Assembly: GCA_030619865.1 (NCBI GenBank)
Contig: JAUXAP010000002.1
Coordinates: 707-64,706, forward strand
Length of the DNA: 64,000 nucleotides
Source of the DNA: Dehalococcoidia bacterium
GTDB lineage: Bacteria; Chloroflexota; Dehalococcoidia; Dehalococcoidales; JAUXAP01
Direction of reading: 5' to 3'
Positions 19,501 through 30,150 of this stretch are shown here, one piece after another; positions within the stretch are counted from its first letter, which is position 1, and every line of letters begins with the position of its first letter. The notes under the pieces were generated by a model that saw nothing but the letters and a program-made list of their open reading frames with translations, ran no database searches and was not told the DNA's origin. A program made the translations under genes and the position numbers.

Positions 19501-21048
19501 ATGAATCAATATGACTATATTATAGTTGGCAGTGGTATTGCCGGGCTATATACTGCCCTGCTGGCCAAAGAGCAGGGGAGCGTGCTCATTATAACCAAGG
19601 GCAGCATCGACGACTGCAATACTAAATACGCCCAGGGAGGTATCGCTGCTGCCATAGGCAAGAACGATTCTCTTGAGCTTCACTTCAAGGATACTATAGC
19701 TGCTGGAGATGGCCTGTGTGATGAAGGGGCAGTGCACATTTTAGTTGATGAGGCTCCCGACCGCATTACTGACCTTGTTAATTTTGGGGTACCCTTTGAT
19801 ACCCTTGACGGGGAGATTGCTCTCACCAGGGAGGCAGCTCACAGTGTACCCCGTATTCTGCATGCCGGGGGTGATGCCACTGGCGAACATATTGAAGTCA
19901 CTCTAAGTAACCAGGTGCGTTCGTCTAAAATCCAGGTGCTTGAAGATTGCCTGACTACGGAGATTTGGGTAGAAAAAGGTAAAGCTCGGGGAGTAAAAGC
20001 CTTTGATTGTCACACTGGCTCTATGGAAGAGTTTGAGTGCCGCTTCCTGATTCTAGCTACTGGAGGCGCTGGGCAGCTATTCAAGTTCAATACTAACTCT
20101 GACGTGGCTACTGGTGACGGCATAGCCCTAGCCTTCAGAGCCGGGGTAGAGATAGTTGATATGGAATTCTTTCAATTTCATCCCACTGCTCTGCGTTTAC
20201 CCGGGGTAACTCCTTTCCTTATATCTGAAGCAGTCAGGGGTGAAGGGGGGATACTGCGCAATATAGAAGGTCACCGCTTCATGCCCGACTACGCACCAGA
20301 GGGTGAGCTGGCACCAAGAGACGTAGTAGCTCGTAGCATACTATACGAGATGGAGAAAACGGGCTCAGATAGAGTCTTCATTGATATTACTCATCTATCA
20401 CCCTATGTTACTACCACTCGCTTTCCCCATATATACCGCTTCTGTCTAGACCACGGCTTAGATATCACCAAAGGTCTGGTACCAGTGGCCCCAGCGGCTC
20501 ACTATACGATGGGTGGCATCAAGACCAATAGCTGGGGGGAAACCAATATTGCTGGATTATTTGCTGCTGGTGAAACCGCCTGCACTGGGGTTCACGGAGC
20601 AAATCGGTTAGCCTCAAATTCAATGCTCGAAGTGCTCGTGTTTAGCAAAAGAATTATGGAAAGAACCAGAAAGGAAATTAAGCCAAAGGCACCTACTACT
20701 AGCGAGAGTGTGAAAGCTCACCACTCGCTGAGCCAGAGACAAGTTACTAAGGTTGTACCGGCACCCAGCCTTTCCGCTTTACAACAACTGCACTGGGATA
20801 AAGTAGGCATTATACGCGATAAGCAAAGCCTAACTGAAGCCGCCGATACCCTATCTGCCTGGCAAGAATCATTACCCCAGCCTACAGACCGCCCTTCATA
20901 CGAACTAAACAACTTAGTGCTGACCGGCCGATTGGTAACTGAGGCAGCTCTGCTTAGAAAAGAAAGCCGGGGGGCTCACTTCCGCTCCGATTTTCCCAAG
21001 AGTTTACCCCAATGGCAACGCCATATCACATTCACACGTTCAAAATAG
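19501..21048 (+). CDS. nadB: L-aspartate oxidase
   Basis: [28 protein letters not shown]. Confidence 0.96.
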   Translation: MNQYDYIIVGSGIAGLYTALLAKEQGSVLIITKGSIDDCNTKYAQGGIAAAIGKNDSLELHFKDTIAAGDGLCDEGAVHILVDEAPDRITDLVNFGVPFDTLDGEIALTREAAHSVPRILHAGGDATGEHIEVTLSNQVRSSKIQVLEDCLTTEIWVEKGKARGVKAFDCHTGSMEEFECRFLILATGGAGQLFKFNTNSDVATGDGIALAFRAGVEIVDMEFFQFHPTALRLPGVTPFLISEAVRGEGGILRNIEGHRFMPDYAPEGELAPRDVVARSILYEMEKTGSDRVFIDITHLSPYVTTTRFPHIYRFCLDHGLDITKGLVPVAPAAHYTMGGIKTNSWGETNIAGLFAAGETACTGVHGANRLASNSMLEVLVFSKRIMERTRKEIKPKAPTTSESVKAHHSLSQRQVTKVVPAPSLSALQQLHWDKVGIIRDKQSLTEAADTLSAWQESLPQPTDRPSYELNNLVLTGRLVTEAALLRKESRGAHFRSDFPKSLPQWQRHITFTRSK

Positions 21049-21060
21049 GAGGTTAGGCTT

Positions 21061-21930
21061 TTGGTCCTACCTGAAGAAGATGTTGATAACATTATAGAGT
21101 CCGCCTTGGCTGAAGATATAAGCCACGGTGATGTTACCAGTGAGACACTAATACCACCGGAACTTCAAGGAAAGGCATCCATACTGGTTAAGGCCAAGGG
21201 GATAGTAGCCGGTAGTGAGGTAGCCAACAGGGTATTTCTCAGGGTAGACCCATCACTTGAGGTTGAACTGCTTATCAAGGACGGAACCAAGGTACAACCC
21301 GGGGATATACTAGCTGCCATCTCCGGCAAGGTAACAAGCATCCTTAAAGCTGAACGGGTAGCTCTTAATTTTCTGCAGCGGCTCAGTGGCATTGCCTCAC
21401 AGACAGCTCAATATGTAGCCAAGACCCGTGGATTTGCTGTCAATATAACCGACACTCGCAAGACTACCCCCGGTATTAGGTTACTGGAGAAGTACGCAGT
21501 GCGCATGGGTGGTGGGCAGAACCACCGCCTTCACCTGGGCGACGGCGTCCTAATTAAAGACAATCATCTGGTGGTGCTGCGTGCCTTGGGTATGAGTCTG
21601 AAAGATATTGTGGCTAAGGCTAAACAGAATGCCCCTCAGGGCTTAACGGTTGAGGTAGAGGTAAATACTGTGCAGGAAGCCTTAGATGCAGCTGAGGCCG
21701 GGGTTGATATAATCATGCTGGATAATATGAATCCTGATGAAATGCGTCGTGTAGTGGGCTTACTCCCGAGTCAGGTTAAGACAGAAGCCTCGGGGGGTAT
21801 TACGCTGGACAATGTCCAGGCAGCAGCCAAGGCAGGGGTTAATATCATATCTATCGGTGCCCTTACCCATTCCGCAAAAGCCTTGGATATGAGCCTTGAG
21901 CTTGAGCCACAGACCCTCGAACTTTTTTAA
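21061..21930 (+). CDS. nadC: quinolinate phosphoribosyltransferase
   Basis: DTRKTTPG, NHR, IKDNH, MLDNM, EASGG. Confidence 0.97.
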   Translation: MVLPEEDVDNIIESALAEDISHGDVTSETLIPPELQGKASILVKAKGIVAGSEVANRVFLRVDPSLEVELLIKDGTKVQPGDILAAISGKVTSILKAERVALNFLQRLSGIASQTAQYVAKTRGFAVNITDTRKTTPGIRLLEKYAVRMGGGQNHRLHLGDGVLIKDNHLVVLRALGMSLKDIVAKAKQNAPQGLTVEVEVNTVQEALDAAEAGVDIIMLDNMNPDEMRRVVGLLPSQVKTEASGGITLDNVQAAAKAGVNIISIGALTHSAKALDMSLELEPQTLELF

Positions 21931-22646
21931 GTTGCCCCATCTGGGGCCAGCCCATGAGCTCTAAGCAGCGGTATGTCAGCTAAAATATGACTGGTTGCGC
22001 CATCAGCAACTACCTCCCCGTGGTCAAGAATAATAGCCCGCTGGCATAACGCCTGAACTAAGTCCAGGTCGTGGGAGGCAATTATCTTGGTCATCGGCAA
22101 TCTTTTGAGCAAGCTGATTAAAGACCACTTACTGCGAGGGTCAAGATTGCTCGTTGGCTCATCAATCACAAGGATTTCTGGCATCATGGATAATACGGTA
22201 GCGATAGCAATGCGTTTCTTCTCACCAAAACTGAGATGATGAGGTGAACGTTGCTCATAGTCGGTCATTCCTGCCCAATCAAGGGCTCTGGCTACACATT
22301 GCCGAACCTTGGCTTCGGGATAACCCATATTAATCGGACCAAAGGCAACATCCTCAAAGACGGTAGGTGAGAATAACTGGTCGTCAGGGTTCTGAAATAT
22401 CAACCCCACTTTGCTCCTGACCCATCTCAAGTTTTTATTATTAACCGACCTGCCCGAGACTTTTACTACGCCGTTACTATGCAGGATTCCATTCAGATGG
22501 AGTAGTAGTGTAGATTTACCGGCGCCATTGGGTCCAATCAGCGCCACTGTTTCCCCCTGGTATATAGTCAGGTTAATACCAGTTAACGCCTGCCGACCAT
22601 CAGGATAATTGAAGGAAAGATTTTCAATTTTTATAATCTCTTCCAT
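21927..22646 (-). CDS. cbiO: Co/Ni ECF transporter ATPase
   Basis: GPNGAGKST, FQNPDDQLF, LSFGEKKR. Confidence 0.88.
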   Translation of the reverse strand: MEEIIKIENLSFNYPDGRQALTGINLTIYQGETVALIGPNGAGKSTLLLHLNGILHSNGVVKVSGRSVNNKNLRWVRSKVGLIFQNPDDQLFSPTVFEDVAFGPINMGYPEAKVRQCVARALDWAGMTDYEQRSPHHLSFGEKKRIAIATVLSMMPEILVIDEPTSNLDPRSKWSLISLLKRLPMTKIIASHDLDLVQALCQRAIILDHGEVVADGATSHILADIPLLRAHGLAPDGAT

Positions 22647-22664
22647 TTTTCTCTCTTTAGTCGC

Positions 22665-23450
22665 TTAATATAAAAGATTTATCATACTGGCCAAGATAAG
22701 AAACAAGCCAAAACTTATGCCAAAGTAGATATCCGCTGGCCTAAAGTTCAAGCGGTCTAGCGTCCGAGTCTGCCCGTTAAAGCCCCGGGATAGCATAGCC
22801 GCATAAACCCGCTCACCTCTCTCATAGCTACGAATAAATAGAGTGCCTATCATGTTCCCTATAGTCCGAATCTGCCATAAACGTTTACCACCAAAGTTAC
22901 GACTATCCCTCGCCTGCTTCATGCGCATAACCTCGTCAATTAGAACGAAGATATAACGATACATAAATGATAAAATCATTACCATCACTCTGGGCATATG
23001 CAGTCGCTCCAAGCCATTGAGAAGGTTAGTCATTTTGGTGGTTGAGACTAGCAGGGTTAAGCTGAGAATGGAGAGCCAGGCCTTGGCTAAGATATTTGTA
23101 AAAGCTTGAAGGCCGCTATAAGTAACCGATACCTCCCACAACCATATGTTATAGCTACCAGCCACCTCACCCTCCTTAAAGAAGGGGATGGAGATAGCAA
23201 TTAGTGCCACGAAGGGTAAAATTACCAGCGACCGCTGTAAAATATAAAGGATTGGCACCTTGGATAAGAGGATTAAAGTAGCGATTAGAAATAGATATAA
23301 GGCAAATACCTGCCACTCGATAACTGGGGTGATGGTTACCATTAGGATAAAGGCCAGTGTGGTAATAAACTTAGTGCGAGGGTCAAGTCTATGAATTAAA
23401 CTATCTTGGTCACTATAACGGTCGATAAAGCTATGCTTCACTGTAGCCAC
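22665..23450 (-). CDS. cbiQ: Co/Ni ECF transporter T component
   Basis: HRLDPRTK, YRYIF, RSYERGERVYAAMLSRG. Confidence 0.9.
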   Translation of the reverse strand: MATVKHSFIDRYSDQDSLIHRLDPRTKFITTLAFILMVTITPVIEWQVFALYLFLIATLILLSKVPILYILQRSLVILPFVALIAISIPFFKEGEVAGSYNIWLWEVSVTYSGLQAFTNILAKAWLSILSLTLLVSTTKMTNLLNGLERLHMPRVMVMILSFMYRYIFVLIDEVMRMKQARDSRNFGGKRLWQIRTIGNMIGTLFIRSYERGERVYAAMLSRGFNGQTRTLDRLNFRPADIYFGISFGLFLILASMINLLY

Positions 23451-23466
23451 CTTTAGTAAGAAGACG

Positions 23467-23760
23467 TTATTTAGCCAGCTCTCTCCTCCTTAATGTTAAT
23501 AGCCAAGCCACACCATATGCCACTCCAAACAGTACAAAAGTGCCGATTAATCCAGCCAGTATCGTTGCCAGCGTCTCATTTGCTATCCCTGGAAAGACAT
23601 AGTCAGCAATAACTTGAAAGGGTGCCTCCTGTCCTGTGTCAATAAATCCCTTATCCTCAGCCACCCGCTCCAGCCCATCAGGTGAAGATGAAGCTAAAGG
23701 GGATAAACTGGCTACAGCTAAACAAACCAGTAACGCGATTAGCCACCATTTGGTTTTCAT
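23467..23760 (-). CDS. PDGLE-domain NikN-like component
   Basis: ASSSPDGLERVAE flanked by TM helices. Confidence 0.88.
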   Translation of the reverse strand: MKTKWWLIALLVCLAVASLSPLASSSPDGLERVAEDKGFIDTGQEAPFQVIADYVFPGIANETLATILAGLIGTFVLFGVAYGVAWLLTLRRRELAK

Positions 23761-23778
23761 TATTCCTCCTCCAGCTTT

Positions 23779-24417
23779 CTAAATCTTCTGTAGTTCTAGT
23801 AGGTCAGCTCTAGTCGCCAGCACTAAGCTAATCACTGCTGCGGTAATTAATCCTTCACCAATACCAATGAGGGCATGAATGCCAGCCATAGCCGGTAGAA
23901 CCACCATAATTGGTGATGCACCTGAGACCGTCAATTCAATAGCACAAACAATAGAAGCCAGAAGTACTGAACCCCAGGCACTGACAAAGCCGCCAATCAG
24001 TTTACCTCTTCGACTACTCCCTAAGAATGAGGTAGCCAGACGGTAGAGATAGTATCCACTAAAGCTGGCGACAATGCCCATATTAAATATATTTGCCCCT
24101 AGAGCCAGTAAGCCACCATCCTGAAAGATTAGGCACTGAGCAATAAGAACACAGCTCATTATTAGCACGGCTGCCCATGGACCAAGCAGAATCGCCGCCA
24201 GCGCAGCACCGATAAGGTGTCCCGAGGTACCTCCAGCTATAGGGAAATTGAGCATCTGAGCAGCAAAAATGAAGGCGGCTAGAACTCCCATCATTGGTAC
24301 ATGCTTTTCCCTCAGCTTTTTGTTAGCTAATCTTACTGCATTACCCACGCCGCCGGCTGATACCACGCAGGTAGTTGCTACTGTAGCTACATTGAGGAAG
24401 CCATCTGGAATATGTAT
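23779..24417 (-). CDS. cbiM: CbiM/NikM substrate component (apparent ATA start)
   Basis: xHIPDGFL N-terminus, GTSGH, HALIGIGE; GAGGT RBS just before ATA-CAT-ATT. Confidence 0.85.
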   Translation of the reverse strand: MHIPDGFLNVATVATTCVVSAGGVGNAVRLANKKLREKHVPMMGVLAAFIFAAQMLNFPIAGGTSGHLIGAALAAILLGPWAAVLIMSCVLIAQCLIFQDGGLLALGANIFNMGIVASFSGYYLYRLATSFLGSSRRGKLIGGFVSAWGSVLLASIVCAIELTVSGASPIMVVLPAMAGIHALIGIGEGLITAAVISLVLATRADLLELQKI

Positions 24418-24452
24418 AACATACCTCTTTCCAGGGTTTTCAATTAAATGCA

Positions 24453-24470
24453 ATTGCAATTATATGCAAT
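24453..24470. promoter_or_regulatory. candidate Fur-family operator (TTGCA-N6-TGCAA)
   Basis: ATTGCAATTATATGCAAT upstream of cbiM; similar site at 24971. Confidence 0.5.
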
Positions 24471-24487
24471 AATAGATTAAAAAAAAT

Positions 24488-24910
24488 TTATTTACTACAA
24501 TTTACGCAGCGCCCAAAAATAGCCAGATGCCTTAGGTCAGCGATAAACTTATGTTCTCGGAGTAAAGCATCCTTGAGGGAAGTTAGCAGTGACTCATCAA
24601 GGTCAATTATGATACCACACTCCTGGCAAACTAAGTGGTGGTGATGCCCCTTCTCCGCCGGATGATATCTAACCCTACCACCCCCAAGGTCGGTCTCAGT
24701 TACCAGATCAAGTCTTTTTAATAGTTCTAGGGTGCGATAGACAGTTGAGATATTGACATGGGGGTATTTAGCCATTACCTGGGCATAAATTTCCTCAGCA
24801 CTAATATGGTCATTACTATTTTCAATAGCTGATAGGATCATTATCCGCTGAGGCGTCAATCTATAGCCCAACTCGCTTAATTTGTTGACTATATCCTCGG
24901 GTTGGTTCAC
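24488..24910 (-). CDS. Fur-family metalloregulator
   Basis: RLTPQR, TVYRTL, HHHHLVCQEC, CVNC. Confidence 0.93.
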   Translation of the reverse strand: MNQPEDIVNKLSELGYRLTPQRIMILSAIENSNDHISAEEIYAQVMAKYPHVNISTVYRTLELLKRLDLVTETDLGGGRVRYHPAEKGHHHHLVCQECGIIIDLDESLLTSLKDALLREHKFIADLRHLAIFGRCVNCSK

Positions 24911-24970
24911 TCAACCTTCACCTGTTTTAAGGAGCTTAGTGTTTATTACTATATCAAAACAAGATAGTTT

Positions 24971-24986
24971 CTGCAACCTTTTGCAA
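24971..24986. promoter_or_regulatory. candidate Fur-family operator
   Basis: CTGCA-ACCTTT-TGCAA upstream of the regulator gene. Confidence 0.4.
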
Positions 24987-25014
24987 TTACCATTATTCTC
25001 AAAAAATCAATTCT

Positions 25015-25464
25015 TTAGACTTTTTCTTGGCTATCCAGCAATATTGTTACTGGACCATCGTTATGGATTTCTACCTGCATATACTGCTGAAAACACCCGG
25101 TTTCTACCTTTAGTCCGGTGCTCCGAACCTGTTCCACAAACTGCTCAAATAACTCTTCCGCCTGAGCTGGCGGTGCTGCTTCAATAAAACTGGGGCGACG
25201 CCCCTTCCTAGTATCAGCCAGGAGAGTAAACTGACTCACCACTAATAGCTCACCTTTAATATCCAGGGCGGAAAGGTTTAATTTACCCTCTTCATCAGAA
25301 AAAATGCGCAGGCTGACAGTCTTTTGTGCCAGATACTGCGCATCCTTTTCTGTATCTCCATTGGCTACTCCTACAAAAACCACCAAACCCTGGCCTATCT
25401 TACCCACTACCTCACCACCGGTGCTAACCGAGGCTCCAGTGACTCGCTGTAGGAGCGCCTTCAC
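25015..25464 (-). CDS. dtd: D-aminoacyl-tRNA deacylase
   Basis: LQRV, SQFTL, GRRPSF, NDGPVT. Confidence 0.96.
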   Translation of the reverse strand: MKALLQRVTGASVSTGGEVVGKIGQGLVVFVGVANGDTEKDAQYLAQKTVSLRIFSDEEGKLNLSALDIKGELLVVSQFTLLADTRKGRRPSFIEAAPPAQAEELFEQFVEQVRSTGLKVETGCFQQYMQVEIHNDGPVTILLDSQEKV

Positions 25465-25676
25465 TCCTGCTTCTCCTTGTTTTGGGTAGTATCGTTACTT
25501 CTGCGATTGTCCGTAATATAAAAACCGTTCCCTTTAAAGATAATAGGAGTGGAGTGCAGGACGCGGCGTGCCTTTCCCTGACATTTAGGACATACAGTTA
25601 CCGGTTCTTCATCAAACCTCTGCTTCCTTTCAAAACGAAAGTAGCAATGACTACATTCATACTCATATATAGGCAC
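25461..25676 (-). CDS. FmdB-family zinc-ribbon protein
   Basis: [11 protein letters not shown]...CPKC...[10 protein letters not shown]. Confidence 0.9.
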   Translation of the reverse strand: MPIYEYECSHCYFRFERKQRFDEEPVTVCPKCQGKARRVLHSTPIIFKGNGFYITDNRRSNDTTQNKEKQE

Positions 25677-25923
25677 TACTTCACCTCAAATAAGTTTTCC
25701 ACACATTCTACAGAAATAACCCTGCTAAGGCAAATCAAGATTCTTTATCAACCCACTCTTTCCCCTAGACTTATCAATAAAAAGGGAGTAAAATGAAATA
25801 AATGAGGACAGACTTGATGGGAAAAAGATAGTATGCGTTTAACAGTTATAACTTTATCACTGTGGAGAAAAAGAGGCACTGGGCACATTCAGCCAGTGCT
25901 TCTTAAATTAAGGAGGAATAATC

Positions 25924-26169
25924 ATGCAGTCAAGCCTAATTGGGAAAATTGAAAAGGCCAAACGCTATGCTCAGGAGACAGAGCGGATTACCCTCTCCGA
26001 GTTTTCGGTGGAATTCCGGGGAGATAATAACACCTACACTACCGAATATAAAAACGGAAAGTGGCACTGCTCCTGTCATTTTTTCCCAAGCTGGGGGCGC
26101 TGCAGTCATACTATGGCATTAGAGAAAATTCTGAGCAATATGCTGCCTAAAGAGGCTCTGAGTACATAG
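25924..26169 (+). CDS. small SWIM-type zinc-finger protein
   Basis: AAGGAGG RBS; WHCSCHFF...CSH. Confidence 0.75.
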   Translation: MQSSLIGKIEKAKRYAQETERITLSEFSVEFRGDNNTYTTEYKNGKWHCSCHFFPSWGRCSHTMALEKILSNMLPKEALST

Positions 26170-26209
26170 TATGATACCGCCTCTTAATTGTTGCTAACTA
26201 GATGCCTAA

Positions 26210-27601
26210 CTATATTTTCTTACGCTTCCATCTCCCCAGGCGGAAATATATTGTGTAGGCAACTGCCCCGACAACCACACCAGCCACTATAGCCCATCGT
26301 ATTCCATACATACCAAGATTGGTAACCTGTGGTAGAAAGAAAGCTAAAGGCAACTGCACAACCCAAATCATTAGCAGGGTAAGGAGCATTGGTGGCAGGG
26401 TGTCACCGGCACCGGATAGACAATGCCTTAATATCACCGTAAAGCCCAGTAATAAGTAACTGGCGGTAGCTATTCTAAGAAAGGTGCTGGCTATCTCTAC
26501 CAGGCCGGGTTCGGTGTTGAAGACACGAATTATATTCTCAGCCCACAGCAGTATTGCCACCGAACAGATGACCATAAAGCCCTCCATGAAACCTACTGCC
26601 AGCCAGGCACTCTTCTCTGCCCGTTCAGGTTGCTTTGCTCCAAGGTTCTGTCCCGCCAGCACGCCAGCAGCCATACCCAGTCCCATACCCGGCATGAATA
26701 ATAGCATCTCTACTCTCTGTCCCAGGGTATGAGCTGCCACAGCAAAGGTGCCAAAAGGAACCATAAACCATATCAATACAAGGTTGCCGAGAGTCCTTTG
26801 CATACCCATGATAGAGGTAGGAATGCCAACCTTTACTATACGCCAGATGATATTGAGGTCAAGGTGAAAGTTTCTTAAGGTCAACCGCAGTCGAGACCTC
26901 CCGGTGAAGAGGAACCCTAGCCCAAGAATGGTTCCCAGGCTTTGAGAAACAATATTAGTCATCGCTGCGCCGCTGACACCTAAGCGGGGGAATATCCACC
27001 AGCCGAAGATTAGGAAGGGACAAAGAGCTACATGGAAGAGCCTGAAGAAGATAGCTATTTTCATAGGGGTCATGGCATCACCCGAGGCTTGCATAATACC
27101 ATCGGTCATCAACCGGAAGGACATAGCCGCCGAGCCGATGAACATAATACGCGTATATGCCACCCCTTCAGCTATAACATCAGCCTCTAACCCAAACAGG
27201 CTCAATATTGGCTCAGTAAAGAAGATTCCTACTGCTGCCATAACTATAGCGTAGGTAGCACTGATAACGAAGGCTTGCTGGGCTACGTGATTGGCCCCCT
27301 TGACATCACCGGCTCCTACAAAACGGGCAATTATTGCCCTCGTGCCTACATTGATGCCCCACCTCCCCACCATCACGAGCATAACGGCCATACCACCAAC
27401 GCCTACCCCGGCAATAGCGGCTGACCCTAGTTTTCCCACCCATATCATGTCAATGGTAGGGCCTAGTGTACCAAGGCTACTGCTTATCATTATGGGCCAG
27501 GATAGAGTCAGAAGGTTCCGAATGATGCTACCTTTGGTCCAATCTCTAGCAAATGTAGTCCCTCTCCCGCCTCTCCCTGCAGAATCCTTTACTTCTTTCA
27601 T
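26210..27601 (-). CDS. MATE family efflux transporter
   Basis: DWTKGSI, DMIWVGKLG, GQNLGA, GAGDT. Confidence 0.92.
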   Translation of the reverse strand: MKEVKDSAGRGGRGTTFARDWTKGSIIRNLLTLSWPIMISSSLGTLGPTIDMIWVGKLGSAAIAGVGVGGMAVMLVMVGRWGINVGTRAIIARFVGAGDVKGANHVAQQAFVISATYAIVMAAVGIFFTEPILSLFGLEADVIAEGVAYTRIMFIGSAAMSFRLMTDGIMQASGDAMTPMKIAIFFRLFHVALCPFLIFGWWIFPRLGVSGAAMTNIVSQSLGTILGLGFLFTGRSRLRLTLRNFHLDLNIIWRIVKVGIPTSIMGMQRTLGNLVLIWFMVPFGTFAVAAHTLGQRVEMLLFMPGMGLGMAAGVLAGQNLGAKQPERAEKSAWLAVGFMEGFMVICSVAILLWAENIIRVFNTEPGLVEIASTFLRIATASYLLLGFTVILRHCLSGAGDTLPPMLLTLLMIWVVQLPLAFFLPQVTNLGMYGIRWAIVAGVVVGAVAYTIYFRLGRWKRKKI

Positions 27602-27707
27602 GTATTAATAACTACCCTTCGTGTTTTTTCGCCTAATAGTTTTCTGTCTGCCCAGAGTCAACTCACTAGGGACAAGAGGAACATTCCTAAGTAAACGACT
27701 TTGCCCT

Positions 27708-29036
27708 TCACATTGTCAAACCAAGCTTGTCCGCTTGCTCAATTGCCCCGGCAACCACGAACAGCGAGCCGGCAACACAAATAAGGTCCTTCTTTCCCAC
27801 CATGGTTAGAGCTAGAGGCAGAGCGGTTGAAATATCATCTGTTTCTTGTGTTTTCACCCCATGTCGGCTAAACTCAGCCACAATAGGGGCTGTGGCCATA
27901 GCCCGAGGGTGTATAGAGCGAGTGACGATTATTTTATCAAAAAGGGATACCAATTCTGAGATTATTCCAGCAATGTCCTTATCAGCTGAGGCTCCGATGA
28001 TCAAGATAGCTCGGTCAAAATCAAAGTATTGCTCAAGAGACTGCTTCAACTTCTTAGCTCCATCAGGATTATGGGCACCATCAACTACCACAAGAGGATA
28101 ACGGCTGAGAATCTGGAGCCGACCCGGCCAGCTTACTTGCGCCAGACCCTTGGCGATACTATCCTTGGCGATATTGAAGCCTTTCCCAGCTAAAACTTCC
28201 AGGGTAGCCACTGCTGTAGCTGCATTCTCTAGCTGATGCCGGCCAAGAAGTGGAATTGATAATTCATAACTACTTAATCTCCCCTCCACTAGAAGTGATT
28301 GCCGATTAGAAGCAAAACCGAGATTCTGCCAGGTGACATCACTACCTACCCTGACCAGCTCTGTCCCACAATTGAAACAAGTTTCTTCTATTATCTTAGC
28401 CACCTCATCAGGCTGTGGTGAGGTAACAACCACACAACCAGGCTTGATAATACCCACCTTTTCGGTAGCGATTCCAGCCAGTGACTCGCCCAGTGTATCG
28501 GTATGGTCAAAGCTAATAGAGGTGATGACACAAACTTCAGGCTGGACTACATTTGTGGCATCAAGCTTGCCCCCTAATCCTACCTCCACCACCTGAAGAT
28601 CCACATCCTTTTGCTTAAAGTAGGCGAAGCTCAGGGTCGTTATTATTTCAAAGGTAGTCAACTGACCATAGGTAGCTTTCCGGTTTACTGCCTCAACCTC
28701 GGGCTTGAGCTTTTCCACTAGGCCAACAAGTTCTTCTTCAGAGACCATTTCTCCATTAACTCTGATGCGTTCTCTAAAGTCACTAAGATGGGGTGAGGTA
28801 TTGAGTCCGGTAGTATAACCGGAAGCAGTAAGAGCCGATGCTATCATAGCAGCGGTGCTTCCCTTGCCATTGGTACCGGCAATATGGACTGTCTTGCCAG
28901 TTAAGTGAGGAGTACCTAACCGAGCCAGCAGCTCCTCCACGCGCCTCAGGTCATAGTGGGCTGCATCGCGCGGCCGGGGTACTTTTTCATAGTCAATAAA
29001 GCTATATATATAATCTAGGGCTTGCTGATAATCCAT
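27708..29036 (-). CDS. folC: folylpolyglutamate/dihydrofolate synthase
   Basis: HIAGTNGKGST, SPHL, EVGLGG, WPGR, DGAHNP. Confidence 0.95.
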   Translation of the reverse strand: MDYQQALDYIYSFIDYEKVPRPRDAAHYDLRRVEELLARLGTPHLTGKTVHIAGTNGKGSTAAMIASALTASGYTTGLNTSPHLSDFRERIRVNGEMVSEEELVGLVEKLKPEVEAVNRKATYGQLTTFEIITTLSFAYFKQKDVDLQVVEVGLGGKLDATNVVQPEVCVITSISFDHTDTLGESLAGIATEKVGIIKPGCVVVTSPQPDEVAKIIEETCFNCGTELVRVGSDVTWQNLGFASNRQSLLVEGRLSSYELSIPLLGRHQLENAATAVATLEVLAGKGFNIAKDSIAKGLAQVSWPGRLQILSRYPLVVVDGAHNPDGAKKLKQSLEQYFDFDRAILIIGASADKDIAGIISELVSLFDKIIVTRSIHPRAMATAPIVAEFSRHGVKTQETDDISTALPLALTMVGKKDLICVAGSLFVVAGAIEQADKLGLTM

Positions 29037-29142
29037 TCCTGCATCTTTTGCTTAGGCTGACAATATTCTATCACTTGACGCTACTTATCGCCACTGGTAT
29101 TATCAGTTTATCGTAGTTAAGTCTAATTCCAAGAGGTGCCAG

Positions 29143-29949
29143 GTGAACTTCATCGAGAAGCTGACAAATGCCACTCAGAAAAACAAGAGCCTGCTCTGCG
29201 TCGGGCTTGACCCCAATCCAGAATGGATGCCGGAGAACATGGGTATCTTTGAATTCAATAAGGCAATTATTGATGCTACTTCTGACTTAGTATGCGCCTA
29301 TAAACCAAACCTCGCTTTCTATGAAGCCTTAGGCAATGAGGGACTGGATGCCCTGAAGCAGACGGTTAAATATATACCCGACCATATTCCCGTAATCGGG
29401 GATGCCAAACGAGGCGATATAGGTAATACGGCTAAAGCTTATGCCAAGGCTATTTTTTCACACTTTGGCTTTGATGCCACTACCGTGAATCCCTATCTAG
29501 GTTTCGATTCAATAGAACCCTTCATCCAGTACAGAGATAAAGGGGTTTTCATTCTGTGCCGAACATCAAATGCTGGTGCCCTTGATTTTCAGGCTCTACA
29601 CCTTGGGGAACAAGGTAAGCCTCTATTTGAGATAGTAGCCCTTAAAGCCAGTGAATGGAATACTTACGGCAATATCGGGCTGGTGGTTGGTGCTACCTAC
29701 CCTGAGGAATTAAGGCTGATTCGGCAGAGTCACCCCGATATGCCTCTATTGATTCCAGGCATTGGCGCCCAGGGAGGGGATTTAGCTACCGTCGTTCGCT
29801 ACGGGGTTGATACTCAAGGGCAGAAGGCAATTATCAACTCGTCAAGGCAAATCATATACGCCTCACAGGGGAAGGACTTTGCCCAGGCAGCGCGACGTGT
29901 TGCCTCTGAACTGCGAGACCAGATTAACTCTTATCTATCTACTCTTTGA
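29143..29949 (+). CDS. pyrF: orotidine-5'-phosphate decarboxylase
   Basis: LCVGLDP, DAKRGDIGNT, VVGAT, PGIGAQGG. Confidence 0.96.
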   Translation: MNFIEKLTNATQKNKSLLCVGLDPNPEWMPENMGIFEFNKAIIDATSDLVCAYKPNLAFYEALGNEGLDALKQTVKYIPDHIPVIGDAKRGDIGNTAKAYAKAIFSHFGFDATTVNPYLGFDSIEPFIQYRDKGVFILCRTSNAGALDFQALHLGEQGKPLFEIVALKASEWNTYGNIGLVVGATYPEELRLIRQSHPDMPLLIPGIGAQGGDLATVVRYGVDTQGQKAIINSSRQIIYASQGKDFAQAARRVASELRDQINSYLSTL

Positions 29950-29958
29950 GGCACAAGA

Positions 29959-30150
29959 ATGGTTATGGAAATAAAGCTGGGTGATGTGGTTCGCCTCAGG
30001 AAGAAGCACCCTTGTGGCAGCTATGAGTGGCAGGTAGTCAGACTCGGTGCTGATATAGGAATTAAATGCCTTAAATGCCAGCACCGTGTCCTCCTTGAAC
30101 GAAGTGTCTTCGAGCGTAGAGTCAAAACTTTTATTTCACGAGGACAGTAA
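29959..30150 (+). CDS. DUF951 family protein
   Basis: [14 protein letters not shown]...[11 protein letters not shown]. Confidence 0.88.
   Translation: MVMEIKLGDVVRLRKKHPCGSYEWQVVRLGADIGIKCLKCQHRVLLERSVFERRVKTFISRGQ

Noticed and set aside
25690-25870. Two one-mismatch DnaA-box-like 9-mers (TTTTCCACA, TGTGGAGAA)
   Set aside because: Too few and degenerate, with no dnaA context, to call an origin
29040-30150. SOS control of dinB
   Set aside because: No GAAC-N4-GTTC seen upstream of pyrF or dinB
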